This document shows positions 32,431 to 42,800 of a DNA stretch of 64,000 bases, piece after piece. A program made the position numbers and the translations under genes. The DNA comes from Myxococcota bacterium (GTDB lineage Bacteria > Myxococcota_A > SURF-8): NCBI GenBank assembly GCA_965140415.1, contig OZ223209.1:3392001-3456000 (forward strand), given 5' to 3'. The notes beneath the pieces are model-generated. The model saw only the letters and a list, made by a program, of their open reading frames with translations. It did no database searches and was not told the origin of the DNA. The first letter of the stretch is position 1. Each line of letters starts with the position of its first letter.

Positions 32431-33027
32431 ATGGCACGCTCGACTCGTGAAAACGTTTACCGCTTTGTTCGCGAACGAATCCTAGCGGGAATGCCACCAA
32501 CCGTTCGGGAGGTTCAAGCCCAATTCGGATTCAGTAGCGTCGCATCGGCCCGCCAGCACCTGGACAATCTGACAGACGCAGGAAAACTCGTAAAAGAGAA
32601 AGGCATTTCCAGAGGCTTCCGTTTACCGGAACAGAAAAACGGCAGACCACCCACTCGGCATGTACCCATCATGGGCCACATTCAAGCCGGGCAGCCGATC
32701 TTGGCGGTGGAAGACATCGAAGGCACGATTCCCATTGCGGAAAACGGCCTGCACGAAAATGTCTTCGCTCTGCGCGTTCGTGGCGACAGCATGAAGGATG
32801 CCGGAATTCTGGCAGGCGATCTGGTAATCGTTCGCCCGCAACCGGATGCCAATAGCGGGGACATCGTAGCCGCCCTGATCGGAGATGAAGCCACCATAAA
32901 GAGGTTACATAAAAATAGAAACCATATTGAACTTCAACCCGCGAATCCGAATTATTCTCCAATCGTCCTGAATCCCGAGAATGGCCAACTGCTGGGAAAG
33001 GTTATCGAAGTCAGGCGTCATCTGTAA
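32431..33027 (+). CDS. lexA: SOS repressor LexA
   Basis: PPTVRE HTH, Ala-Gly cleavage site (IQAGQP), catalytic Ser (GDSM) and Lys (TIKR). Confidence 0.95.
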   Translation: MARSTRENVYRFVRERILAGMPPTVREVQAQFGFSSVASARQHLDNLTDAGKLVKEKGISRGFRLPEQKNGRPPTRHVPIMGHIQAGQPILAVEDIEGTIPIAENGLHENVFALRVRGDSMKDAGILAGDLVIVRPQPDANSGDIVAALIGDEATIKRLHKNRNHIELQPANPNYSPIVLNPENGQLLGKVIEVRRHL

Positions 33028-33036
33028 GGAATCATC

Positions 33037-33873
33037 ATGTGTTCGTCTCGAAATTCCAATTTAGCGCACTCCAATCTGCTCGTCGGTTGCAGTGGCTATT
33101 CTTATCGCGAGTGGATCGAGGCGGGCGTGTATCCTCCAACGACCAAGCAAGCAGAAATGCTGACACGCTATGCAGAACAGTTCCCCATCGTGGAACTGAA
33201 TTACACCTGGTATCGAATGCCAACAGCGGAACTGATTGAGCACCAATGCAAGCAGGCTCCGGAGGGCTTCCTTTTTACGGTCAAGCTGACCAATACCCTG
33301 ACGCACGAAATCGATACAAGCAGTTGGAAGGAAAACATCGTTCGCTATCGAGATGCCCTGGCTCCCATGATGCAAAACGGCCAGTTGGTGGCAGTCCTGA
33401 TTCAACTACCTCCGTCATTCGATCGCTCCGCAGCTCGTAGAAAATACCTGGCCTCGCTGCTGAACCATCTTGAAGGCTTGCCTTTGGCGGTGGAATTCAG
33501 GCACAGTTCGTGGGTGAACGACCGCGTATTCGCCGAACTCGAACGACGCAACGTCACATTGGTTACGGTAGATGAGCCACGCTTGTCGTACCTATTTCCA
33601 ACGTTGGATGTCGTAACGAATCCCGATCTGGCTTATATCCGTTTTCATGGACGCAACGCCGATGGCTGGCGGAACAAGCCCAACTGTCATCCCTTTGACT
33701 ACAATTACTCAGATACGGAATTGATCCCCTGGGCCAAGGAAACCATCAACAACATGATGACACGCGCCAAAAAAGGGGTCGTGTTCTTCAACAATCATGT
33801 GGCCGGACAAGCCCCCAGAAATGCGAATAAGCTCATCGAAATATTGACGGAACAGGGGCTGGTTGGAAGCTGA
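33037..33873 (+). CDS. DUF72 family protein (TIM barrel)
   Basis: VGCSGYSYREW, VELNYTWY, LIQLPPSF, VEFRH, YIRFHGRN, FFNNH. Confidence 0.9.
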   Translation: MCSSRNSNLAHSNLLVGCSGYSYREWIEAGVYPPTTKQAEMLTRYAEQFPIVELNYTWYRMPTAELIEHQCKQAPEGFLFTVKLTNTLTHEIDTSSWKENIVRYRDALAPMMQNGQLVAVLIQLPPSFDRSAARRKYLASLLNHLEGLPLAVEFRHSSWVNDRVFAELERRNVTLVTVDEPRLSYLFPTLDVVTNPDLAYIRFHGRNADGWRNKPNCHPFDYNYSDTELIPWAKETINNMMTRAKKGVVFFNNHVAGQAPRNANKLIEILTEQGLVGS

Positions 33874-33875
33874 TA

Positions 33876-35063
33876 ATGGGCGCCAGAGATATTTTACATT
33901 TGAATGTGGCTGACTTCGCCGTAGAGGTGGAGCGCCTGGTGGATACTCGGTTAAAATTCCGCCCCGTAATTGTGGTCCCGGAAGGAGCCGCCAGAGCAAC
34001 GGTATTCGATCATAGCGAAGAAGCCTTCAAGTCCGGCGTGCGAAAAGGAATGTCCTTGCAGCGAGCCTTGCGCCACTGCCCGGATGCCACGGTGCTACCT
34101 CCACATATCGATCGCTACGAGCGGGCCATGAAAGAGATGCTCAAGCGAACCCTGCCGTATTCCCCACTGATCGAACAAGCGGATACCCAGGGGCACTTGT
34201 TTGTGGATCTGAGCGGCACGTCACGATTACACGGAAAAGCGGAGGATATCGGGCAGAAGCTCCGCAATGCCCTAAAGAACGACATCGGCTTCGATCCGAT
34301 CTGGACCGTCGCTCCCAATAAGCTACTCGCCAAAGTTGCCTCCAGGCTGGTCAAGCCGACCGGCGAGCGAACGGTCTCAAGCGATGAAGCGCAGCAACTC
34401 CTGCATCCGCTCCCTCTGCATCTGATTCCGGGGCTGGAACGGCGGGACATCATGCGTTTTCGAGAATTGAGCATTCGCTACGTGGGTGAAGCCACCGAGC
34501 TTGAAGCGGAACAACTTGAAGTGCTTTTCGGAAACAGGCATTATTACATTCATGCCATTTTAAGAGGAGAAGATAATTCCCCGGTGCTGCCGGTGGGAAA
34601 TAAAGCCCCGCAAGTCGTCATGGAGCACAGTTTCGGAAACGATACGAACGAGATTCACATCATAGAAGGTGTCCTGTATTCTCTTGTGGAACATGTAGGC
34701 GCGGAACTTCGTAAGCGTCAACTGGCCACAACTCGAATCTCAATCGGCCTGGACTATTCCGATGGCAAACGCATCTTTCGGCATGTACCCCTGCATCCGG
34801 CCACGACCGATGACTTTCACCTGTTTGGCAATATCCGCAAGCTTCTTCAAAAGGCATGGACACGACGAGTGAGAATCCGCCATCTTCAAGTCAGGGCCGA
34901 TCGCCTGACGTACCCGCCCGTCCCACAATTGGACTTGTTTGAAGATACAAAGCAAAAGGATAACGACAAGAAGAACCTGATCGACGCCCTGGATTCCATC
35001 CGCAACCGATTCGGTTTTTCCTCCATCAACATGGGACGGACACTTTCAAGGCCATATTCATGA
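33876..35063 (+). CDS. Y-family polymerase homolog, probably catalytically inactive (ImuB-like)
   Basis: DinB fold (NKLLAKVAS, IPGL). Catalytic motifs altered: HLNVADF in place of HxDxDxF, and no SIDE. C-terminal QLDLF clamp-binding motif. Confidence 0.85.
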   Translation: MGARDILHLNVADFAVEVERLVDTRLKFRPVIVVPEGAARATVFDHSEEAFKSGVRKGMSLQRALRHCPDATVLPPHIDRYERAMKEMLKRTLPYSPLIEQADTQGHLFVDLSGTSRLHGKAEDIGQKLRNALKNDIGFDPIWTVAPNKLLAKVASRLVKPTGERTVSSDEAQQLLHPLPLHLIPGLERRDIMRFRELSIRYVGEATELEAEQLEVLFGNRHYYIHAILRGEDNSPVLPVGNKAPQVVMEHSFGNDTNEIHIIEGVLYSLVEHVGAELRKRQLATTRISIGLDYSDGKRIFRHVPLHPATTDDFHLFGNIRKLLQKAWTRRVRIRHLQVRADRLTYPPVPQLDLFEDTKQKDNDKKNLIDALDSIRNRFGFSSINMGRTLSRPYS

Positions 35064-38059
35064 TTCCACTCACCACCCGCTCTCATTATTCGTTGATGTG
35101 GGGAACCGCATCGCCGGAAGAACTGGTTTCGGCGGCCAAACGCTGCGGATACGACCGACTGGCGTTAACCGATACCGATAATCTGTACGGTCTCTGGCCG
35201 TTTCTGCACGCCTGCAAACGAGAAGGACTTACACCAATTGTCGGAGCGGAAGTAACCGATCCGAAAACACACGAAAGAATCATTTGTCTGGTAGAGAATA
35301 AAACGGGGTACACGAATTTATGCCGCCTGATTACCGAACGGCAGTGCAATAACCGATTCTCTTTGAAGGAAAGTCTGCCCAGTTTATCCAAGGGACTACA
35401 GGTTCTGACGCAGTCTGAAACACTGCTGCGCCTTTTCAAGGAACAAGAGGTGTCGGTATGGGCCGCTCTACCACGTAAACCGACAGGGAAAGGTCTTAAG
35501 CTCCGTTTGGCCGCCAAACAACTTGAGGTACCCTCCATTGCCACTCCCGGCAGTTTTTTTATCGAGCCCAAAGACTACACCGTCCATCGCCTGCAACGAG
35601 CCATCGCACTCAACACCTCCCTGTCACGCCTTTCCCCTAAAGATGTTGCGCCGGAGAACGCCTGGCTGGCACCATCGATGGAATACATTCGTCGCTTCGA
35701 TGTCTGGCCGGACGCCATTCGGGAGAGTTACAGGCTGGCGGAACAACTGTCGTTTACAGGCCCGGAATTCGGTCTTGTGCTGCCTAGTTGGAACGGGCGC
35801 AGCGAAGCGGAATCTTCTTTGGAACTTCGTACGAAGGCATATGAAGGCGCTCGCGCCCGATACGGAACAAATCTTCCAGACGCCGTAACGCAGCGCCTGG
35901 ACCACGAGCTTTCTGCCATTCGCAGCAAAGGCTTTTCGGCTTATTTTCTGATTGTACAGGATATTATCAAACACAGTCCCCGTATTTGCGGACGCGGTTC
36001 GGGAGCCGCTTCAATCGTCGCGTATTCTTTGGGAATCACCAATGTCTGTCCACTCAAATACAATCTGTATTTCGAGCGTTTTTTAAATCCCGGCAGAAAG
36101 GATGCTCCGGATATCGATGTGGATTTCGCCTGGGACGAGCGGGATGCGGTACAACTGGCCGTTCTTGAGAAATACCACGCACACGCCGCCATGGTGTGCA
36201 ACCACGTAATGATTCAACCTCGCTCGGCAATTCGGGAGATCGCCAAGGTGTACGGGCTCACCGATCGCGAAATCGGACAGGTCACCAAACGCCTGCCGTG
36301 GTTCTGGCAGGTCATGGATGCCACGGATGAAAACGCCCTGCTTACGAGGTTGAAATCGCTTCCACAATTGAAAGAGCTGGACTTTCCCGAACCCTGGCCG
36401 GATATCATTCGCCTGGCTCAACGCCTGATCGACACCCCACGAAACCTGTCCGTGCATTCCGGCGGCATCGTCATTACACCGAAACCGATAAGCGAGTATG
36501 TCCCGGTGGAAATCGCGCCCAAAGGCGTACCCATTATCCAGTGGGAAAAAGACGGCACAGAAGACAGCGGCCTGCTTAAAATCGATCTGCTGGGAAACCG
36601 CAGTTTAGGGGTGATTCGAGACACGATTCAAACGATAAAGCGAAACGGTAAAACCATTGATGAAACCCATTGGGAGCCGGAAGATGACCGCACCACCCAA
36701 AGCCGCGTTTCCAACGGCGAAACCATGGGATGTTTTTACATCGAATCGCCAGCTACCAAACTTCTGCAAAAAAAGTCCGGTGTCGGCGACTACGAACATA
36801 TGGTGATTCACACATCCATCATTCGCCCGGCGGCGAATCGCTGGATCAATGAATATCTTGCACGACTGAAGGGAGAACCCTGGCAGGCGATTCATCCTTT
36901 GCTTGAAGGCGTACTGGATGAAACCTACGGCATCATGGTCTATCAGGAACACGTATCGCTGGCGGCAGTCGCTCTGGCAGGTTTTTCACACGCGGATGCA
37001 GACGGTTTACGCAAGGTCATGAGCCGTAAGGACAAGGCCCGAAAACTGGTGGATTACTTCAACCGCTTTGCCCAAGGCGCCAGGCAAAACGGCGTAACGG
37101 ACGAGCAGATCAAACAAGTATGGGATATGATTCTTTCTTTTGACGGCTATTCGTTTTGCAAACCACATTCGGCCAGCTATATCCGGGTGTCGTTTCAAGC
37201 GGCGTATCTGAAATCTCATTATCCTGCGGCATTTATGGCTGCCGTCATTTCCAACCAGGGAGGTTTTTATTCCACCTTTGCGTATGTGTCCGAAGCCAGA
37301 CGCATGGGAGTAACGATTTCCCCCCCGGATATCAACGCAAGCGAGATACGCTGGAGCAGCGATAACCATTCGATGCGTGTCGGCTTGATGACGATCAAGC
37401 ATGTAAGCGCCGAAACCCAGGCAAGAATCGTTTCCGAAAGGGAAAAGCAGCCGTATCGAGATTTAAAGAGTTTCCTGGACCGGGTGCGTCCCGATGAAGA
37501 AGAGGCCCGCTCCATGATTCACGCCGGAGCATTCGATGCGCTGCACCCGGACATTTCACATGCTGCGTTGTTATGGGAACTGGCAGTCTGGAAAAAGAGA
37601 CAACGCAAACCGGGAAAACAGACCGATTTATTCAGCGAAAGAGAAGCTGTCACTCGCCCACCCGTCTTCCCACATGAAAACGAGATCGACCGGCTGCGCA
37701 GGGAGTTTGCCACATTGGGATTTCTATGTGACCGCCACCCGATGGAATTGTTCAATGAAAAGCTGAAACGGCAACGAACGGTCAAGGCCATCGAGCTGAA
37801 CCGCTACGCAGGCAAGCGCATAAAAGTCGCTGGGTTGTTGATCACCGGAAAGGTTGTCTCCACCTACAAGGGTGACCCGATGGAATTCATCACGTTCGAG
37901 GATGAAACGGGAATCGTCGAAACCACCTTTTTCCCAAAAGTGTATCGAAAGTTTTGTTCCATTCTCGACCGCAACCGCCCTTTTTTGCTGACCGGAATCG
38001 TTGACGAACAATTCGGAGCCTGTACGCTGACGGTACACGAAGTAGCTCCCATAACATGA
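35060..38059 (+). CDS. dnaE2: error-prone DNA polymerase III alpha (DnaE2/ImuC-like)
   Basis: PHP domain, GRGSGA, PDIDVDF, KIDLLG, YSFCKPH, OB-fold; overlaps the upstream gene in the SOS cassette. Confidence 0.9.
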   Translation: MIPLTTRSHYSLMWGTASPEELVSAAKRCGYDRLALTDTDNLYGLWPFLHACKREGLTPIVGAEVTDPKTHERIICLVENKTGYTNLCRLITERQCNNRFSLKESLPSLSKGLQVLTQSETLLRLFKEQEVSVWAALPRKPTGKGLKLRLAAKQLEVPSIATPGSFFIEPKDYTVHRLQRAIALNTSLSRLSPKDVAPENAWLAPSMEYIRRFDVWPDAIRESYRLAEQLSFTGPEFGLVLPSWNGRSEAESSLELRTKAYEGARARYGTNLPDAVTQRLDHELSAIRSKGFSAYFLIVQDIIKHSPRICGRGSGAASIVAYSLGITNVCPLKYNLYFERFLNPGRKDAPDIDVDFAWDERDAVQLAVLEKYHAHAAMVCNHVMIQPRSAIREIAKVYGLTDREIGQVTKRLPWFWQVMDATDENALLTRLKSLPQLKELDFPEPWPDIIRLAQRLIDTPRNLSVHSGGIVITPKPISEYVPVEIAPKGVPIIQWEKDGTEDSGLLKIDLLGNRSLGVIRDTIQTIKRNGKTIDETHWEPEDDRTTQSRVSNGETMGCFYIESPATKLLQKKSGVGDYEHMVIHTSIIRPAANRWINEYLARLKGEPWQAIHPLLEGVLDETYGIMVYQEHVSLAAVALAGFSHADADGLRKVMSRKDKARKLVDYFNRFAQGARQNGVTDEQIKQVWDMILSFDGYSFCKPHSASYIRVSFQAAYLKSHYPAAFMAAVISNQGGFYSTFAYVSEARRMGVTISPPDINASEIRWSSDNHSMRVGLMTIKHVSAETQARIVSEREKQPYRDLKSFLDRVRPDEEEARSMIHAGAFDALHPDISHAALLWELAVWKKRQRKPGKQTDLFSEREAVTRPPVFPHENEIDRLRREFATLGFLCDRHPMELFNEKLKRQRTVKAIELNRYAGKRIKVAGLLITGKVVSTYKGDPMEFITFEDETGIVETTFFPKVYRKFCSILDRNRPFLLTGIVDEQFGACTLTVHEVAPIT

Positions 38060-38332
38060 CGGAGAATCGCTCCCCACGCGACAGTCACTGCGATTTCGCC
38101 ATGATTTTCAACGGCATCCGGCGTTTATTTTAGGAGCAGCAGTGTTTTTGGGGCAGATTGAACGCCGTTTTACTCTGTCGCTCCGACAAGTCGAGGCATC
38201 AATATTCGAGCTACCATGTCCGATTTTACTGGCAAAACATTTTTGTTTTGCTATAGGCTCTTAGGACATCATTCGGATTCCCTAAAGAATCCGACTCTTC
38301 GCCGGCCTTGTCACACGATCATGGAGGTTAGT

Positions 38333-39766
38333 ATGAGTGAACAGTTCGAGAAGGTAAAAAAGCTGTGCGAACGTGAGAAAGTGGAAATCATCGACTTGAA
38401 ATACACGGATTTATTCGGGCGCTGGTATCACTTGACCTTGCCTGCTTCACGTCTGGATGAAAAACTGTTTGTGGAAGGAGAATCATTCGACGCATCTTCG
38501 GTTCCCGGTTACAAGTCCGTAGAAGCCGGCGACATGAACATGGTGCCAGTCATTGAATCCATGGAGCTTGACCCGTTCTGGGAAAAACCAACAGTCAGCT
38601 TTATCTGCGATATCATCGAAACGGATACCCTGGAGGATTTCGGGCGTCATCCGCGAGGTGTGGCCAAACGTGCGGAAGCTTATCTTCGCGAAGAAGGTAT
38701 CGCCGAAAAAAGCATGTGGGGACCTGAACTGGAGTTCTATATTTTCGACTCCGTCAACGTCAAGGAAGACATCAACACGAGTTTCTACATGATCGACTCC
38801 GCAGAGGCGGACTGGAACAGCCAGATGGAAGGAAACAACCTTGGCAACAAGATCCCGCGCCAGGGCGGCTATCATGCCATTCCTCCTTTGGATGCCATGT
38901 TCAATCTCCGCGCCGAAATGGCTTCCATGATGGAAGCCAAAGGCATCCCCGTTCGCTATCATCACCACGAAGTAGGTGGACCCGGTCAGTCGGAAATCGA
39001 AATCAATCTGAATACACTGACATTGATGGGCGACCGCGCCATGCGAGCCAAGTACATTATCAAGAACCTGGCCTATCGCCACAACAAGACCGTCACATTC
39101 ATGCCTAAGCCACTGTTCAACGAAGCCGGTAGCGGTATGCATTTCCATCAGTTTTTAATCGGAGAAAACGGAAAAAATCTCTTTTACGAAAAGGGCAGTT
39201 ACGCGGACCTGTCCGAATTGGCGCTGTATTACATCGGAGGACTACTGGCACATGGACGAGCCTTGCTGGCATTCACCAACCCTTCGACCAACAGTTACAA
39301 AAGACTGGTGCCCGGTTTCGAAGCGCCAACCAAATTGTTCTTCGGGCTGGCCAATCGTTCCGCCGCCGTACGCATTCCCAAATTCGCCAAGACGGAATCC
39401 AACAAACGCATCGAGTTCCGCCCTCCCGATGGCACCTGCAATCTGTACTTCGCCATGGCGGCGCAACTGATGGCCGGAATCGACGGCATCCGAAACAAAA
39501 TCGACCCCCGCAAGCTAGGCATGGGCCCCTTCGATATGGATGTCCGCGACATCCCCACCGAACAATTGGACGAGATCCTCTCTGTACCGACTTCGTTGGT
39601 GGAAGCCTGTCAAGCGCTGGAAAGCGACCATGAGTTCCTGCTACAGGGCGGCGTGTTCAGCAAAGATCTGATCGACACCTGGATCGACTACAAGGTCAAT
39701 CACGAACATCTGGCCGTGCGTAATCGTCCCCACCCATATGAAATCAAACTGTATTTCGACACCTGA
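38333..39766 (+). CDS. glnA: glutamine synthetase type I
   Basis: FDASS, GPELEF, HHHEV, TFMPKP, GSGMHFH, NSYKRLVPGFEAP, NRSAAVRIP, RIEFR; start ATG 38333 after GGAGG. Confidence 0.96.
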   Translation: MSEQFEKVKKLCEREKVEIIDLKYTDLFGRWYHLTLPASRLDEKLFVEGESFDASSVPGYKSVEAGDMNMVPVIESMELDPFWEKPTVSFICDIIETDTLEDFGRHPRGVAKRAEAYLREEGIAEKSMWGPELEFYIFDSVNVKEDINTSFYMIDSAEADWNSQMEGNNLGNKIPRQGGYHAIPPLDAMFNLRAEMASMMEAKGIPVRYHHHEVGGPGQSEIEINLNTLTLMGDRAMRAKYIIKNLAYRHNKTVTFMPKPLFNEAGSGMHFHQFLIGENGKNLFYEKGSYADLSELALYYIGGLLAHGRALLAFTNPSTNSYKRLVPGFEAPTKLFFGLANRSAAVRIPKFAKTESNKRIEFRPPDGTCNLYFAMAAQLMAGIDGIRNKIDPRKLGMGPFDMDVRDIPTEQLDEILSVPTSLVEACQALESDHEFLLQGGVFSKDLIDTWIDYKVNHEHLAVRNRPHPYEIKLYFDT

Positions 39767-39797
39767 TTCCAATCAGGACCGATTGAGAAAAGCACGC

Positions 39798-39829
39798 GCC
39801 CCCATACTGAAATGTTGGGGGCATTTTTC
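39798..39829 (+). terminator. terminator between convergent glnA and yhaN-like gene
   Basis: GCCCCCA...TGGGGGC followed by ATTTTT. Confidence 0.7.
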
Positions 39830-39831
39830 AT

Positions 39832-42800
39832 TTATTCCTGGATCTGCTGTAATTCGGCCAGATATGAGTTCGTCAGAGAGTGCGTTTGAATGCGCTCTGG
39901 TGGAATGGCTTCCATGGCCAGATATTGCATGTGAGCGTTGTGAGTAAAAAATAGAACCTGTGTCTTTAAGGACAAATCCGCAAGAACGCTTAAAGCGGCT
40001 TTCGCCCGCTCATCGTCAAAGTGAATCAGTAGGTCATCCAGAATCAACGGCATGATTACCCCTTGCTCCAATAAGCGCAGCAACGTTGCCAGGCGCAACG
40101 CAAGATACAACTGATCGCGTGTACCATCGCTAATGTCATCGACTAAAACCTGCTGTTCATCCCTGCGAACGCCAACAAGAACCTGCTTGTCCTTCGCATC
40201 GAAATCCGTTCGCAGTGATTGAAACGAATTCTGTGTCAATCGATTGAACAAATCGGAAGCGGTATTCAAAATCGGGTTTTGATTTTCCTCCCGGTAGCGC
40301 TCGATTTCGCTTTGAAGCAGCAATTCCGCCAGTCGCAATTGCTTGTAGCGCCCGGAAAGGGTTTCTATCTGGGCGATGGAAGCCTGCACTTCTGCATGAA
40401 GTTCGGCAGCTTTCGACTCGCCATCCATTGAATCCAACCGGCTCTGCGCCTGCCCGATAGCCTGATTCAATTCGTCACGCTCTTTCGACGTTTCTTCCAG
40501 GCGTTCATGAAGTTCCGAAATAGCAGCCGTGATTTCATCCACATCCACCTGTTCCAATTCCGCGAGGAACTCGTCCAATCCCGTACCGCCACTTAGCAGT
40601 TGCAGTTTTTCGTCGATGCTTTCCAGCTTTCGCCTTAAGTTCAAGGATTGCTCCACCCGTTTTTCAACTTCAGGTAAGTCTTCCTCCGACTTGCAATCCG
40701 CTCGTTTACACAGGTCACTTAAAGTCTGTTGAGCGGCACGCATACCGACTTCAGCTTCTTCCGCTTCCTGCCTCTTTTCGGCCAGTCGGCTTTCCAGTTC
40801 TTTGGTATGTACGACATCCCGACGGGCGTTTTTCAGCTCGTCATTCAAAATCAACAGGAACTGCAAGGGAGACATGTTCCCAATTTCTCTAGCCAGTTTC
40901 TTCGCCAACTGTTCGACCCGATGAATAAATGTTTCAACCTGCTTCTGCATGCCGAGAATGCGGTTGTCCAATTCCCTGATTTTGTCGATATCCTCACAAA
41001 CTCGATCTTGCACATCCAACACGTCTTGAACTTCAGCAGGAGTCAGCTCCGATGTCATTGCAACTTCCTGCAACGCCTTTTCCCATTGCTGTTGCCAATC
41101 CGACAATTCATCCTTAGCCAAAGCAACATGCTGCTCGGCTTGCAGAAATTCCCGGTTCTGTGTTGCCAACTCCTCTGCCAGGGCGACATGCTGTGCTTCT
41201 CGTTGCTGTGCAAGCTCAATTCGCTTGCGGGTTGTACTTAAAAGATCGGTCAGCATAACGCTTTTCGATTCCAGGGGAGAACCGATTTTTCCAAACTGTT
41301 CTAGTAACGATTTGCAATAACCGTCGATCAGTTCCTCTTGCTGCGTTAGATTTTGGCGCGCTTCGCGTATCGCTTTAACATCGGCAGCCAATTTGGATTG
41401 GGCATGTTTCCATGGAATCATTTCGTTGGGAGGCAGCAATCGATCCAGTTTCACATTTTCCCACAACTGCTGCCAGTGCAACATCTGCTCTTCGCGCTCA
41501 TGTGCAATCTGCTGCTGCCGTGCTTCCAGATCGTTCAAGGCTTGCTCCAACTCGGCCTTTCGCAGCAAGCGCTGTTCCTGTTGGGCAATCCGATCCGAAC
41601 TCAACCGAAGATCATCGGCCACACGATCCGCCTGAAGCACCTGAACCTCATAGCTACTTGCCATTTGCGGAGGGTCCAGTTTCTCGGATTCAACATCTTC
41701 TCCCAACCAACAGGCTTTGATCTGCTCCCAGTTCCGATCACGATTCGTGCGGGTGTCCTGCAACTCCTGCAAAGTTGGCAGGCGTCCATCCAGTTTAATC
41801 GCCTCCAACTCTCTGGCAATTCCAGCTAACTCCGACTTGCGTTCGGAAATGGCATTAGTGATCTGCAAGTCGTTATTATCCAGCTTTTCAAATTGATTTC
41901 CAAAACGCTGTAGGCTTTCCAATTCGGGTACGGAAAGTGTTTCAAGATCTTCCAAAGCCCCACTAAACAGCCCAAGCTTTTTTAAATCGATGTGCGCCTG
42001 TTCTACCATCGCATCGACATGTGAACGAGTTGTCTTTAAGGCTTCTAGCAAATCTCCTTTGCTGCGAATGGTTTCCAGCAGTTCCGGTAAATTCCCAACA
42101 TCCAGCCGTTCCGGCAGCGTTTCTTTCTGCTGCTGCAAGCGAGTATGTTTTACCTGGGCTTCCGCCAGCTTGCGTTGAGACTGGCGTAGCGATTCTTGCA
42201 AGGTCGCGCGCCGTTCACCCAGGCTGCGCAGCCTCGTTTTCATCGCGCGACTTACTCGCAGTGTGTCGGCCTGAGTCAGCGTGATGTCCGGTCTCCAGTC
42301 TTTCAGAGCGGAAACCGCCTGCAACTCGAAATGGTTGCGTTGCTGTTCGCGCTTAGGAAGATCCTCCAACGCCCGTTCGATCAGTCCCGATTCGCGCATC
42401 AAGGCATCCACTTCACTCGCCTGTTCCATCAATCCTTCTGGAATCGAGATCGATGCCCGTTGTTTTTCCAAGCGCTCGCATTCCACACGCAGCTTTTCCA
42501 GCAAAGCGGAACACCGGCGATGTTCCTTCTGCGCATCCGACCTGATCGTGCCGAATTCCGAATCCAAACTTGGAACCTCACCCAATCCGGCAAGTAAACC
42601 TAACGTATCTTTTCTTGGTCCTAAAAATGAAAGCGCACCCTGAATTCGCTTGTGATGAGTCAATTCCTTATTGAGTTTCTGAAGCACCTGCTGCATGCCC
42701 TCGGATTTCCGCTTCAAATCGCTCAGTTCTTCATTCATCCGTAGCCAGTCGGCGCCTGACAGGGCGATATCGTTAATTTCTTTTCGCTGCTTTTTCACTT

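Noticed and set aside
38260-38330. Glutamine (glnA) riboswitch
   Set aside because: A hairpin is present, but the conserved GGAAG/GAAGGAAC junction elements are not.
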